Shown: positions 8,885 to 17,990 of the stretch, one piece after another
Layout: every line of letters starts with the position of its first letter
Position numbering within the stretch: the stretch's first letter is position 1
From: Methylophaga frappieri
Lineage (GTDB): Bacteria > Pseudomonadota > Gammaproteobacteria > Nitrosococcales > Methylophagaceae
Direction of reading: 5' to 3'
DNA: 32,000 nucleotides
Assembly (NCBI RefSeq): GCF_000260965.1
Contig: NC_017856.1
Span: 1,980,001 to 2,012,000, forward strand
Translations under genes and position numbers: made by a program
Notes under the pieces: model-generated
What the model saw: the letters and a program-made list of their open reading frames with translations, nothing else
What the model was told of the DNA's origin: nothing
Databases searched by the model: none

Positions 8885-11752
8885 TCAGTTAATTTCAGAT
8901 TGGTCTAATAATACGGTAAAGGCCGCTGCTTCAATTGGCTTACTAAAATAATAACCTTGCATAAAGTCGCAGCCTTTTATTTGCAGGGCATCGGCATGAG
9001 CTTGGGTTTCAACGCCCTCTGCCAAGGTGTTTAAGCCAAGTGATCTGGCCAGAGTGATAACCGCATCAACAATCGCCGCATCATCCTCATCCTCCAACAT
9101 ATCAAACACAAAACCTTGATCGATTTTCAAGGTATCAATAGGAAATTTCTTCAGGTAGTTAAGCGACGAATAACCCGTTCCAAAGTCATCTAATGATAAT
9201 CGTATCCCCAGGGCTGCCAGAGATTCCAGTTGTTTGATGGTTAACTCGATATTGATCATGGCTACCGACTCGGTTATTTCTAATTCGAGATACTGGGCTG
9301 GTAAGTGATATTCAGCCAATATGGTCTCTATGGTGCTAACCAGGGTTGGATTGTTAAATTGGACTGCCGATAAGTTAACAGCAACTTGCACCTCTTGATG
9401 GCCACTATCCAGCCATTGACGACATTGGCTGATGGCCTGATGCAGTGTCCAGTTACCAATCGTGTTGATGAGTCCGGTTTCTTCAGCAATAGGAATAAAG
9501 GTTTGTGGCGAAATTTGACCTAATTGCGGGTGCTGCCAGCGAAGCAGTGCTTCAGCGCCCATGATACGGCCTGTTTTAACCTCAATTTGCGGTTGGAACA
9601 CCAAATTAAGCTGGTTTTGGCTTAATGCAAACCGTAAGGCATGTTCGAGTTCCATTTTGTGCGCAATCTGGGCATGCATTTCCTGTGTGAAAAACTGATA
9701 TTGATTGCGACCCGCCTGCTTGGCGCGATACATGGCTGTATCGGCATGTTTATTCAGCGTGTCAGCATCACGACCATTTTCCGGGTATATACTGATACCA
9801 ACAGAAACAGTAATAAATAACTGGTTGTTTTCAATATCAAAATGCGCTGTCAGTTTATCAATCAATTTATCTGCAACGTGAGCAGCGCCATCAGCATCGG
9901 TATCGGGTAACAAAATAATAAACTCGTCTCCGCCAGTTCGACAGACAGTATCCTGATCGCGCATTAACTTTTTCAGGCGATCAGCAACAGCAATAAGCAG
10001 TTGGTCACCTACCGCATGGCCCAGACTGTCATTAATGAATTTAAAGCGATCCAAGTCGAGATATAATAAGGCCAGGCACTGATGGTAGCGCTCGCAAACC
10101 GACATTGCCTGCATAATTCGATCACTGAGCAAAGCGCGGTTAGGCAGTTTAGTAAGAACATCATGATGCGCCAAAAAACTGATTTTTTGTTCTGCCTTTT
10201 GCTGATGGCTGACATCTAAAACCACACCGACAATTTGCTGATGACCATCATCACTGGTTTCCGGCGTGGCGAACAAATGATCCTGAACGTGAATATAGTG
10301 ACCATCGACATGTTGAAATCGAAACTGGTTGGTCAAGGGCGTATCTGATTGCAGTACTTTATGTAAAGTGAGCTGCACTTTGGGTACATCTTCCGGATGA
10401 ATACGGCTTATCCAGGCTTGTGGATGCGACAGCCAGAACTCAGCAGGTTTGCCCGTCATCGCGGTAACCGACTCGGTTACATAAGACAGTGTAAAAACCG
10501 GCCCAGGACGGACATCCAAAACATACGTCACACTGGGAGAAACGCGCAGAATAGTGCTTAAAAAATCAACCGAATGGCGTAAGTCCTGACGCAATTGATA
10601 TTGTTGGCTGACATTCTGGAATACCAGAATGACCCCCAAAATGGCAGATTCGGGTGTGTTATCTGCACGGATTGGTGCCGCGCTGTCTGAGATATGGTAA
10701 CGCTGACCATCACGGGCGTGCAGCACAGTATGGTTTGCCAATTCCACAATCTTGCCGGTGGCTAATACCCTAGAAACCGGGTTAACCACGGGCTCTAATG
10801 TTGATGCGTTATAAATGTCAAAGACCGATAATAAAGGCTGGCCTATTGCCTCCGTTTCTGACCAGCCCGTTAATTGGCAGGCAATGGGGTTAATACGCGT
10901 TATCATGCCGTCAGCATCGGTCACAATGACGCCATCGCCAATAGATTGCAGGGTCAGGTTTAACCGGTTTTCTCGTTCCTGAGCGGTATCCAGCGCAATT
11001 TTTAACTGCTGACCGGCATCAACCAGCGTTTGGGCAATTTGTGCTTGCTCGGTATTGCCTTGTAACGGGTTGTGAAGATTAAACTGTTGTTGTCGCAGTT
11101 TTTCAGCCAGTTGTTTCAAGGCAAACAGCGGTTTTAACACGATGCCTTTGATAATCGCGATTAACAGCAGCATGCTGAGTAAAAATAACGCGACCAGCCA
11201 CAGGTTCTGCTGCAATGCCTGAACGCCCGTTTGTGTCAATCGGGTGTGAATATTCTTTTGTAGCAAAATCACGGGAAAACGGGTTTTCGGATCGAACGAG
11301 ATTTGTTCACTCAAGCTGATGGGTATGACGACTTGAAGAATGCCATCGACGGAGCTTTGCTGGATTTTCTGATGATTCGCGGCGTCTTGGATTAACTTAA
11401 TCTGGCTGGGATGAAGCTGATCGCTAACGGGTGTGTTTTGCCAGGCAAGTTGGGTGGCATATCGAATCATGCCGTTTGCATCAACGAAGATCGCCAACTC
11501 CGCGTCTCGTCGAAGAATAAACCGGGAAATACTGCTTTGCGCCTGTTCGGCGTCATTGTTTGCCAGCGCGTATTCCAGGTTGTGCGCCATTTGCAATGCC
11601 GTTTCATAGAGGTTGATCTCGGCAGCGGTCAATAATAGGCGTTGCCGATCGTGATAATGGGTATAAGCCTGTATGCCAGATAACAGCAAAAACAGACTGA
11701 CCACGATAAGCGGTATCCAGACAGTGAGTCGATAGGTTTGTTGTTGATCCAT
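8885..11752 (-). CDS. Membrane sensor with periplasmic domain, two PAS-like regions, GGDEF diguanylate cyclase and EAL phosphodiesterase domains
   Basis: 955 aa. Two TM segments (IPLIVVSLFLLLSGIQAY and LWLVALFLLSMLLLIAIIKGIV) flank a periplasmic stretch of about 155 aa. The GGDEF motif is intact (RTGGDEFIILL). EAL signatures are present (GAEALLRW, DDFGTGYSSLNYL). Confidence 0.9.
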   Translation of the reverse strand: MDQQQTYRLTVWIPLIVVSLFLLLSGIQAYTHYHDRQRLLLTAAEINLYETALQMAHNLEYALANNDAEQAQSSISRFILRRDAELAIFVDANGMIRYATQLAWQNTPVSDQLHPSQIKLIQDAANHQKIQQSSVDGILQVVIPISLSEQISFDPKTRFPVILLQKNIHTRLTQTGVQALQQNLWLVALFLLSMLLLIAIIKGIVLKPLFALKQLAEKLRQQQFNLHNPLQGNTEQAQIAQTLVDAGQQLKIALDTAQERENRLNLTLQSIGDGVIVTDADGMITRINPIACQLTGWSETEAIGQPLLSVFDIYNASTLEPVVNPVSRVLATGKIVELANHTVLHARDGQRYHISDSAAPIRADNTPESAILGVILVFQNVSQQYQLRQDLRHSVDFLSTILRVSPSVTYVLDVRPGPVFTLSYVTESVTAMTGKPAEFWLSHPQAWISRIHPEDVPKVQLTLHKVLQSDTPLTNQFRFQHVDGHYIHVQDHLFATPETSDDGHQQIVGVVLDVSHQQKAEQKISFLAHHDVLTKLPNRALLSDRIMQAMSVCERYHQCLALLYLDLDRFKFINDSLGHAVGDQLLIAVADRLKKLMRDQDTVCRTGGDEFIILLPDTDADGAAHVADKLIDKLTAHFDIENNQLFITVSVGISIYPENGRDADTLNKHADTAMYRAKQAGRNQYQFFTQEMHAQIAHKMELEHALRFALSQNQLNLVFQPQIEVKTGRIMGAEALLRWQHPQLGQISPQTFIPIAEETGLINTIGNWTLHQAISQCRQWLDSGHQEVQVAVNLSAVQFNNPTLVSTIETILAEYHLPAQYLELEITESVAMINIELTIKQLESLAALGIRLSLDDFGTGYSSLNYLKKFPIDTLKIDQGFVFDMLEDEDDAAIVDAVITLARSLGLNTLAEGVETQAHADALQIKGCDFMQGYYFSKPIEAAAFTVLLDQSEIN

Positions 11753-11753
11753 A

Positions 11754-12710
11754 TCAGGGCTGTTGTGCCAGTAATGCGTCGGTATCAGGCAGCGCTTTCA
11801 GCAATCCCTCATCCATCATAAATTGACCCATATTATTGATAATCTTGCTGAGTTGCTGATTCATCAGACGCTGATTTTCGACTTGATCAGGCAAAATTAA
11901 ATCTGCGTAGAGTCGGCCAAGCTCATTAGGTTCAATTTTCAGTCTAGGGGCAATTAAGATGTACGCTTCTTCAGGTGCCGCCTTGAGTTTCGCATGAGCC
12001 TGCCAATATCCCTCTAGCAGACTGGCAATTTGGTCTGGTTTTTGTTCCAGTTGCTGTTGCGTGGTCACTAATACATCCAGAATGCGGTTTTTAATTTGAC
12101 GACTGTCGAGTAATACTTGATAACCGGCTTTTTGCAATTTAAAAGCGACCGGATCAAAGGTGATGACCGCGTCAGCCTGACCGGAACGCATAAGGCTGAG
12201 ATGTTGGTTGATGGTCGCTGCAACTGGGATGATATCGTTGAGTTCCAAGCCGGCTTGCGCCAAGGTTTGAAATAACATGTAGGCACCGACGGTACTCTCT
12301 TCAACAGCGATGCGTTTTCCTTTTAATTGGCTTAAGGTTGCAATGTCGGGATGACTGATGACTTTGTCAGCACCATGAGAAATATCCATAACCAGCAAAA
12401 TACGGAGGTCGGGAAGTTGCTCGGCAAGTCGTAACGCTTCATCGAGTGTCAAGGCCGCAACATCCAATTGTCCTTGTTTGATGGCGCGTAAGGTTTCTGT
12501 GGATGCATTCAGTTCTTTTAGCACGACTTGATCGGCAGGGTAAAATCCTAGCGATTTGGCCAGAAACAGGGGTTCGTATCCTGCCCACGGAATACTGCCA
12601 ACCCGAAGTGGTGATGACGGTTCATCGTGACAGCCAGACAGAATCAATAAAAAAGCAAGCAAACAAAGCCGCGATATTAACCGCTGGAAAGCAGGAAATA
12701 AAAACCGCAT
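11754..12710 (-). CDS. Lipoprotein periplasmic solute-binding protein (NMT1/SsuA/TauA-like ABC substrate-binding fold)
   Basis: It carries a signal peptide with a lipobox (LLILSGC). The size (318 aa) and sequence pattern fit aliphatic sulfonate/nitrate/taurine-type binding proteins. Its stop is 1 nt from the sensor gene's start. No permease or ATPase gene is adjacent. Confidence 0.7.
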   Translation of the reverse strand: MRFLFPAFQRLISRLCLLAFLLILSGCHDEPSSPLRVGSIPWAGYEPLFLAKSLGFYPADQVVLKELNASTETLRAIKQGQLDVAALTLDEALRLAEQLPDLRILLVMDISHGADKVISHPDIATLSQLKGKRIAVEESTVGAYMLFQTLAQAGLELNDIIPVAATINQHLSLMRSGQADAVITFDPVAFKLQKAGYQVLLDSRQIKNRILDVLVTTQQQLEQKPDQIASLLEGYWQAHAKLKAAPEEAYILIAPRLKIEPNELGRLYADLILPDQVENQRLMNQQLSKIINNMGQFMMDEGLLKALPDTDALLAQQP

Positions 12711-12766
12711 AGGCTGTATTCCTCAGGGTTTGTGAGCGATTTAACAATAACACAAAAATAATGATG

Positions 12767-12783
12767 GATAATTGGCAATTATC
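12767..12783. promoter_or_regulatory. Perfect 17-bp palindrome GATAATTG-G-CAATTATC, candidate operator
   Basis: Read directly from the sequence. It lies in the divergent intergenic region between the solute-binding gene (start 12710, minus) and the small ORF (start 12876, plus). Confidence 0.5.
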
Positions 12784-12875
12784 TGGCGCGCTATAAAACG
12801 AACAACTTGACGTTGAATAAAGGGCTTGTCATAGTTTTAACAGTGACTTAAAACAGATAAATCAAGGATTTGGCT

Positions 12876-13124
12876 ATGGAAGTACCAGGCATCGCTGCAT
12901 TTACCGGTCAGCCTACTCTGACCAGTCCTCCAGACGCGGAAACCCGGCAAGTTGGTCGCGTCTCAGCGCCATTACAGTCGGTGGAGACGACGCAAACGGT
13001 CACCGCGCAAGCTCAGCCGGCGACGACCACAGATTTAACGACAGTGGTAAACGCAACGGAGCAGCCCGCACCGACAGGCTTTGATCTGAATAATCCCGGC
13101 GGCACCATCGACTTGACGGTTTGA
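12876..13124 (+). CDS. Hypothetical 82-aa Thr/Gln/Pro-rich, probably disordered protein
   Basis: The ATG at 12876 has an AAGGA SD 7 nt upstream. The composition is low-complexity (TTQTVTAQAQPATTTDLTTVVNATEQPAPT). The stop is 3 nt before the next gene's start. Coding status is uncertain. Confidence 0.45.
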   Translation: MEVPGIAAFTGQPTLTSPPDAETRQVGRVSAPLQSVETTQTVTAQAQPATTTDLTTVVNATEQPAPTGFDLNNPGGTIDLTV

Positions 13125-13127
13125 ACA

Positions 13128-13481
13128 ATGGCAAGTCCGGTAATTTCTCATGATCCGTTGTATCGATTATTGCGAGATGGGCAAGTCGACACCTTTAATC
13201 AGCGTGTTGCGGCAGGTGAGGTTGCAGACCTGACAGGTTGTGACTTCCGCCATATGAATCTGCAAGGACTGGTTGTCGATAAGCTGGATTTATCTGATGC
13301 CTATTTTCGTCAAGCAGATTTGCGCGGAATCGACTTCAGGCGATGCCGAAGTCTCGAAGGCGCCAGCATCCATGGGGCAAAAATTTCCGGTGCTTATTTT
13401 CCGAAAGCCTTGTCTGCAGAAGAAATTGAATTGTCATTAACGCATGGTACGCGGATGCGTTACGACGAAACTGGTGTCTGA
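13128..13481 (+). CDS. Short pentapeptide-repeat protein
   Basis: 117 aa with consecutive A(D/N)LXX-type pentapeptides ([41 protein letters not shown]...). Confidence 0.8.
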   Translation: MASPVISHDPLYRLLRDGQVDTFNQRVAAGEVADLTGCDFRHMNLQGLVVDKLDLSDAYFRQADLRGIDFRRCRSLEGASIHGAKISGAYFPKALSAEEIELSLTHGTRMRYDETGV

Positions 13482-14203
13482 TTCGGCTTTTGCGGCAGAA
13501 ACCGGCTTGCCATGATGCCCAGTTCAAATAAAAGCCAGACCGGCACGGCCAGTAATGTTTGGGAAATGACATCAGGCGGTGTCAGTAGCATACCAATCAC
13601 AAAGGCACCGACAATGACGTAAGGACGCTTTTGTCTGAGACTTTGTCGGCTGCTAATGCCGGACTTGATCAGCAAAATCGTTAATACGGGCACCTGAAAA
13701 GCCAGACCAAAAGCAAAAAACAGTTTTAAAACAAAATCCAGATAGTGGCTAATGTCTGTCATCACAGCGACACCCGCCGGCGCTGCCTGAGTTAAAAAGC
13801 CAAACATCAAGGGAAAAACAGCAAAGTAGGCGAATAAAATACCAAGAAAAAACAAGGCGGTACTGGTAAACATTAATGGAAAAAGCAGCCGTTTTTCGTG
13901 TTGGTACAAGCCTGGTGCGACAAAAGCCCAAATCTGAAAAAGCAAAACCGGCATGGCCAATAAAATAGCGGTGGTCAAGGTCAACTTAAACGGAGTCAAA
14001 AAAGGAGAGGCAACTTCGGTTGCGATCATACTGCTGGCTGCCGGCAGGTGCTTCAATAAGGGTTCCGATACCAGCAGGTATAAGTCGTTTGCAAAGGGAA
14101 ATAAAGCCACCGCCAGTAGCAAAATGGCCAGTACGGCTTTTAATAATCTATCCCGCAATTCAGTCAAGTGGGTGATAAGCGGCTGCTGTAGATCATTATC
14201 CAT
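13460..14203 (-). CDS. tatC: Twin-arginine translocase subunit TatC
   Basis: It is polytopic with a typical TatC N-terminus ([24 protein letters not shown]). I prefer the ATG at 14203, which overlaps the tatB stop by 8 nt, over the longer track ORF starting at 14287. Confidence 0.9.
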   Translation of the reverse strand: MDNDLQQPLITHLTELRDRLLKAVLAILLLAVALFPFANDLYLLVSEPLLKHLPAASSMIATEVASPFLTPFKLTLTTAILLAMPVLLFQIWAFVAPGLYQHEKRLLFPLMFTSTALFFLGILFAYFAVFPLMFGFLTQAAPAGVAVMTDISHYLDFVLKLFFAFGLAFQVPVLTILLIKSGISSRQSLRQKRPYVIVGAFVIGMLLTPPDVISQTLLAVPVWLLFELGIMASRFLPQKPNQTPVSS

Positions 14204-14483
14204 GCGGCGGCTCACTAGTTTGGTCTGTTTTAGTGGTTGCACGCGTGTCATAGGAGGATGGAGCTGGCTTGGCAGTGGTGTCGGCATCCTTTTTCATGGT
14301 CTGACTTAACTCTTCGGCGCGCAGTTCAGCAGCAATTTCAGCTTTGATAGCGTGAAACTGGGCGCTGGCTCGTCCCAGCCAAAGTCCGGTTACGCGTGCC
14401 AGTTTAGGCAGTCGTTCCGGACCAACAACAAGCAAAGCGACGACGGCGATTAGAATTAGCTCCCAAAAACCGATATCAAACAT
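14196..14483 (-). CDS. tatB: Twin-arginine translocase subunit TatB
   Basis: [39 protein letters not shown] is the TatA/B family TM plus amphipathic helix. The gene sits between tatA and tatC. Confidence 0.85.
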   Translation of the reverse strand: MFDIGFWELILIAVVALLVVGPERLPKLARVTGLWLGRASAQFHAIKAEIAAELRAEELSQTMKKDADTTAKPAPSSYDTRATTKTDQTSEPPHG

Positions 14484-14489
14484 AAGGTT

Positions 14490-14735
14490 TTAACTTTTGT
14501 CGTGTTGTTTTGATTTTTCTGATGAGGCGTTTTCAGCGCTGGGATCAGTGGTTTGAGAGAGCTGGCTTTTCGAATCATTTTCGTCATGTTCGCCGTCTTT
14601 AACCGCATTCTTAAAGCTGCGGATAGCGCTGCCCAAATCACCGCCCATCGATCGCAGCTTCTTGGTACCGAATAACAGAATCACGATCACCAAAACGATC
14701 AATAATTGCCAGATACTAATGCCACCCAAACCCAT
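14490..14735 (-). CDS. tatA: Twin-arginine translocase subunit TatA
   Basis: [45 protein letters not shown] is a typical TatA sequence. Confidence 0.88.
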   Translation of the reverse strand: MGLGGISIWQLLIVLVIVILLFGTKKLRSMGGDLGSAIRSFKNAVKDGEHDENDSKSQLSQTTDPSAENASSEKSKQHDKS

Positions 14736-14744
14736 AATGTGCTC

Positions 14745-15083
14745 CTAATGAAAGCCGGGCAGTTGTTTTCCGCCAAGCAGATGCATGTGCAGATGGTAGA
14801 CTTCCTGGCCGCCGGCAGGTCCGGTATTGATGATGGTCCGAAAGCCATCCGTTAAACCTTGAGATTCAGCTAGTTCAGGCAATTTTTGCAGCATCGCTGT
14901 CAAAACAGGTGCCTGTGATTCACTGACATTATCCAGACGATCAATGTGTTCTTTAGGGATGATCAGCAAATGAATCTCTGCTTTGGGATTAATATCCTTG
15001 AATACGAAAATCAGATCATCTTCATAGACTTTACTTGACGGGATCTCGCCGGCAATAATTTTACAAAAAAGGCAATCAGTCAT
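14745..15083 (-). CDS. Histidine triad (HIT) nucleotide-binding protein
   Basis: 112 aa with the HIT motif HLHMHLLGG. Its start overlaps the hisE stop by 4 nt. Confidence 0.88.
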   Translation of the reverse strand: MTDCLFCKIIAGEIPSSKVYEDDLIFVFKDINPKAEIHLLIIPKEHIDRLDNVSESQAPVLTAMLQKLPELAESQGLTDGFRTIINTGPAGGQEVYHLHMHLLGGKQLPGFH

Positions 15084-15400
15084 GATGGATCCCGGTTCGC
15101 TTTTTCTTCCAGACCAGACAAACCAAATCGTCTTGCAAGTTCGTCCAGCACGCAGTCCAGTTCAATATCATTATGCGCCAGTAAAACCATGGAATGAAAC
15201 CAGAGATCGGCGGTTTCGTAGATAATTTGCTGTCGATCGCCGCCTTTACCGGCAATCACGGTTTCCGTCGCTTCTTCGCCCAGTTTTTTGAGAATTTTAT
15301 CGGTACCATCTTTATAAAGGCTGGCAACGTACGACTGGCTTGCATCGGCCTGTTTGCGCTGCTGCAAAACGTGATAAAGCTCGTCCAAAATAGCACTCAT
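15080..15400 (-). CDS. hisE: Phosphoribosyl-ATP pyrophosphatase
   Basis: 106-aa MazG-like helical protein (KKLGEEATETVIAGK...ETADLWFHSMVLL). It follows hisI with a 4-nt overlap. Confidence 0.88.
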   Translation of the reverse strand: MSAILDELYHVLQQRKQADASQSYVASLYKDGTDKILKKLGEEATETVIAGKGGDRQQIIYETADLWFHSMVLLAHNDIELDCVLDELARRFGLSGLEEKANRDPS

Positions 15401-15780
15401 GCGTAAATCTCCCCGGGATCTTTAAGCACCGGTTCGGTGGGCTGCCATTGCTCATCTTCAAGACGCAGAAAGAAACAATGTTCTCGACCGGTATGACAAG
15501 CGATACCGCCAAGTTGTTCAACTTCCAGTAATACCGCGTCATGATCACAGTCGATCCGAATCGATTTAATCCGCTGTTGATGTCCCGACTGCTCGCCTTT
15601 GTGCCAAATTTGTTGTCTGGAGCGGGACCAGTAGACGGCATGACCGGTCTCGGCGGTCAGCTTCAATGCCTGACGGTTCATCCAGGCGAGAGTGAGCACT
15701 TGCTTACTTTCAAACTCTTGCGTAACCACAGGAACCAGCCCATCGCTGTTCCATTTTACTTGGTCTATCCAGTCACTCAT
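15397..15780 (-). CDS. hisI: Phosphoribosyl-AMP cyclohydrolase
   Basis: 127 aa with typical HisI blocks ([46 protein letters not shown]). It is monofunctional and not fused to hisE. Confidence 0.9.
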   Translation of the reverse strand: MSDWIDQVKWNSDGLVPVVTQEFESKQVLTLAWMNRQALKLTAETGHAVYWSRSRQQIWHKGEQSGHQQRIKSIRIDCDHDAVLLEVEQLGGIACHTGREHCFFLRLEDEQWQPTEPVLKDPGEIYA

Positions 15781-16550
15781 AAGCGTACCTCAATCCCCTG
15801 CTCAGCCATTTTCTTTTTCGCTTCGCCAACAGTATGCTGGCCAAAATGAAAAATACTGGCGGCTAAGACGGCATCGGCATGGCCTTCGAGAATACCATCA
15901 GCCAGATCCTGAAGACCGCCAACGCCACCAGAAGCGATCACTGGCACAATAACGGCTTCACTGACCGCACGGGTCAATTCAAGATCAAAGCCAGAGCGAG
16001 TGCCATCTTTGTCCATGCTGGTCAGTAGAATTTCTCCGGCACCGAATGCAACCATTTTTTTCGCCCATTCAACCGCATCCAGACCAGTGGCTTGACGCCC
16101 GCCGTGAGTAAAGATTTCCCAGCGAGGCGGTTCGTTTTCGGCAGACACGCGTTTTGCATCAATGGCGACCACAATACATTGTGAACCAAATTTTTCGGCG
16201 GCTTCGCGCACAAATTCTGGCCGTTTTACTGCCGCGGAATTGATGCCGACTTTGTCAGCGCCGGCATTGAGCATTTTTCGGATATCGGCAACCGTCCGGA
16301 TGCCGCCACCGACGGTGAGCGGAATAAACACCTGGCTGGCGACAGCTTCGACAACATGATGCATTGTGTCGCGATTATCGTGAGTAGCCGTTATATCCAG
16401 AAAAGTGAGTTCGTCAGCACCTTGTTGATCATAGCGTTTGGCAACCTCAACTGGGTCGCCCGCATCACGAATATCAACAAACTGTACCCCTTTAACAACC
16501 CGGCCAGCGTCGACATCTAAACAAGGAATAATGCGTTTTGCTAGCGCCAT
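15777..16550 (-). CDS. hisF: Imidazole glycerol phosphate synthase cyclase subunit
   Basis: The N-terminus [21 protein letters not shown] matches the typical HisF sequence. Confidence 0.93.
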   Translation of the reverse strand: MALAKRIIPCLDVDAGRVVKGVQFVDIRDAGDPVEVAKRYDQQGADELTFLDITATHDNRDTMHHVVEAVASQVFIPLTVGGGIRTVADIRKMLNAGADKVGINSAAVKRPEFVREAAEKFGSQCIVVAIDAKRVSAENEPPRWEIFTHGGRQATGLDAVEWAKKMVAFGAGEILLTSMDKDGTRSGFDLELTRAVSEAVIVPVIASGGVGGLQDLADGILEGHADAVLAASIFHFGQHTVGEAKKKMAEQGIEVRL

Positions 16551-17299
16551 CAGAATTGCAGCGGTGGATTCAGTTCATCAGCCAACTGTTGACCTTTAGC
16601 CAAATCAATACTGCCTTCGTAAATAGCCCGACCAACAATTGCCCCCATTACGCCATCCGCTTCACACTGACAGAGCGATCGAATGTCGTCATAACTGCTG
16701 ACGCCACCTGAAGCAATTACCGGAATACTGATTGCGCTGGCCAATTGCCGCGTTGACTCCAGATTAAAGCCTTGCATCATGCCATCGCGGCTAATATCGG
16801 TATAAACGATGGCTTCAACACCATCTTGTTCAAACTGTTGAGCAATATCAATCACGTCATGGTTTGATAATTTCGACCAGCCATCGATGGCAACCTTTCC
16901 GTCTTTAGCATCGAGACCGACAATGATGTGGCCGGGAAACTCAGCACAGATATCACCAACAAAATGCGGCGCATTGATTGCTTTTGTGCCAACAATGACA
17001 AACCGAACGCCGGCATGCAGATAGGTTTCAATGGTTTCCTCATCACGGATGCCGCCACCAACCTGCACATCCAAATCCGGAAACGACTGGCAAATTTTAT
17101 GAATGACTTCAGCGTTAACCGGTTTTCCTGCAAATGCCCCATCTAAATCGACAATATGCAATCGTTTAGCACCGGCCTCGACCCACTGTCGAGCAACGGC
17201 TAACGGGTCATCAGAAAATACCGTGTTATCTTCCATGCGTCCCTGACGCAAACGAACGCAGTGACCTTCTTTCAGATCAATGGCAGGGATTAACAACAT
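16550..17299 (-). CDS. hisA: ProFAR isomerase (1-(5-phosphoribosyl)-5-[(5-phosphoribosylamino)methylideneamino]imidazole-4-carboxamide isomerase)
   Basis: [22 protein letters not shown] is a typical HisA N-terminus. Confidence 0.93.
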   Translation of the reverse strand: MLLIPAIDLKEGHCVRLRQGRMEDNTVFSDDPLAVARQWVEAGAKRLHIVDLDGAFAGKPVNAEVIHKICQSFPDLDVQVGGGIRDEETIETYLHAGVRFVIVGTKAINAPHFVGDICAEFPGHIIVGLDAKDGKVAIDGWSKLSNHDVIDIAQQFEQDGVEAIVYTDISRDGMMQGFNLESTRQLASAISIPVIASGGVSSYDDIRSLCQCEADGVMGAIVGRAIYEGSIDLAKGQQLADELNPPLQF

Positions 17300-17323
17300 A
17301 ACGCTCTCTCCATAACATGACGG

Positions 17324-17956
17324 TTAAACTTGACCGTCCCATTGCACAAAATTTTTCAATAGCTGTAAACCAGCATGTTGACTCTTTTCCGGGTGAAACT
17401 GTACGGCAAAAATATTATCTCGAGCTAGGGCGGCGGTAAAAGAATGCGCATAGCTACTTTCACCGGCAATTTCGACGGTTTTGTCGGGATCGGCATAGTA
17501 GCTGTGGACAAAATAGAAACGACTGGTGTCGGCAATACCTTGCCAGAGTGGATGCGCTTGTCGCTGATAAACCTGATTCCAGCCCATATGTGGCACTTTC
17601 AAGCCCGCGGCGGCGGCCTGCTTAAAATAGCGAACCTGACCAGAAAATAACCCCAGCCCGGTCACGCCATTATTTTCCTCACTAAAACTGAGCATGGCTT
17701 GCATACCGAGGCAAATCCCTAAAAACGGTTTTTCGCTGGCAGCTTGTTTAAGCAGGCCCAATAAATCACGAGACTGCAATTCACTCATGCAATCACGAAT
17801 GGCACCAACACCAGGAAACACAATATGGCTGGCAGCTTGAATTTCCGCTGCTTCTGCTGACACCACAACCTGTGCGTCAGGGGCCACGTTTTCCAGTGCT
17901 TTAGAGACAGAGCGGAGATTGCCCATGCCATAATCAATAACTGCAATCCGGGACAT
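17324..17956 (-). CDS. hisH: Imidazole glycerol phosphate synthase glutamine amidotransferase subunit
   Basis: The start IAVIDYGMGNLRSVSKALE, the catalytic GICLGMQ and the FHPEKS motif are all present. Confidence 0.93.
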   Translation of the reverse strand: MSRIAVIDYGMGNLRSVSKALENVAPDAQVVVSAEAAEIQAASHIVFPGVGAIRDCMSELQSRDLLGLLKQAASEKPFLGICLGMQAMLSFSEENNGVTGLGLFSGQVRYFKQAAAAGLKVPHMGWNQVYQRQAHPLWQGIADTSRFYFVHSYYADPDKTVEIAGESSYAHSFTAALARDNIFAVQFHPEKSQHAGLQLLKNFVQWDGQV

Positions 17957-17990
17957 AATGTTATACGCCAGCCAGCCTCAGGGCGTCAGC

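Noticed and set aside
13953-14309. 118-aa plus-strand ORF antisense to tatC, and the longer N-terminal extensions offered by the track for tatC (14287), hisB (18611), folA (8120) and the SCO-like gene (21720)
   Set aside because: The family N-termini align with the internal start codons. Those internal starts also have better SD sequences (hisB, folA, and TTG 21801 for the SCO-like gene) or a coupled overlap with the upstream gene (tatC). The long versions would run into neighbouring genes.
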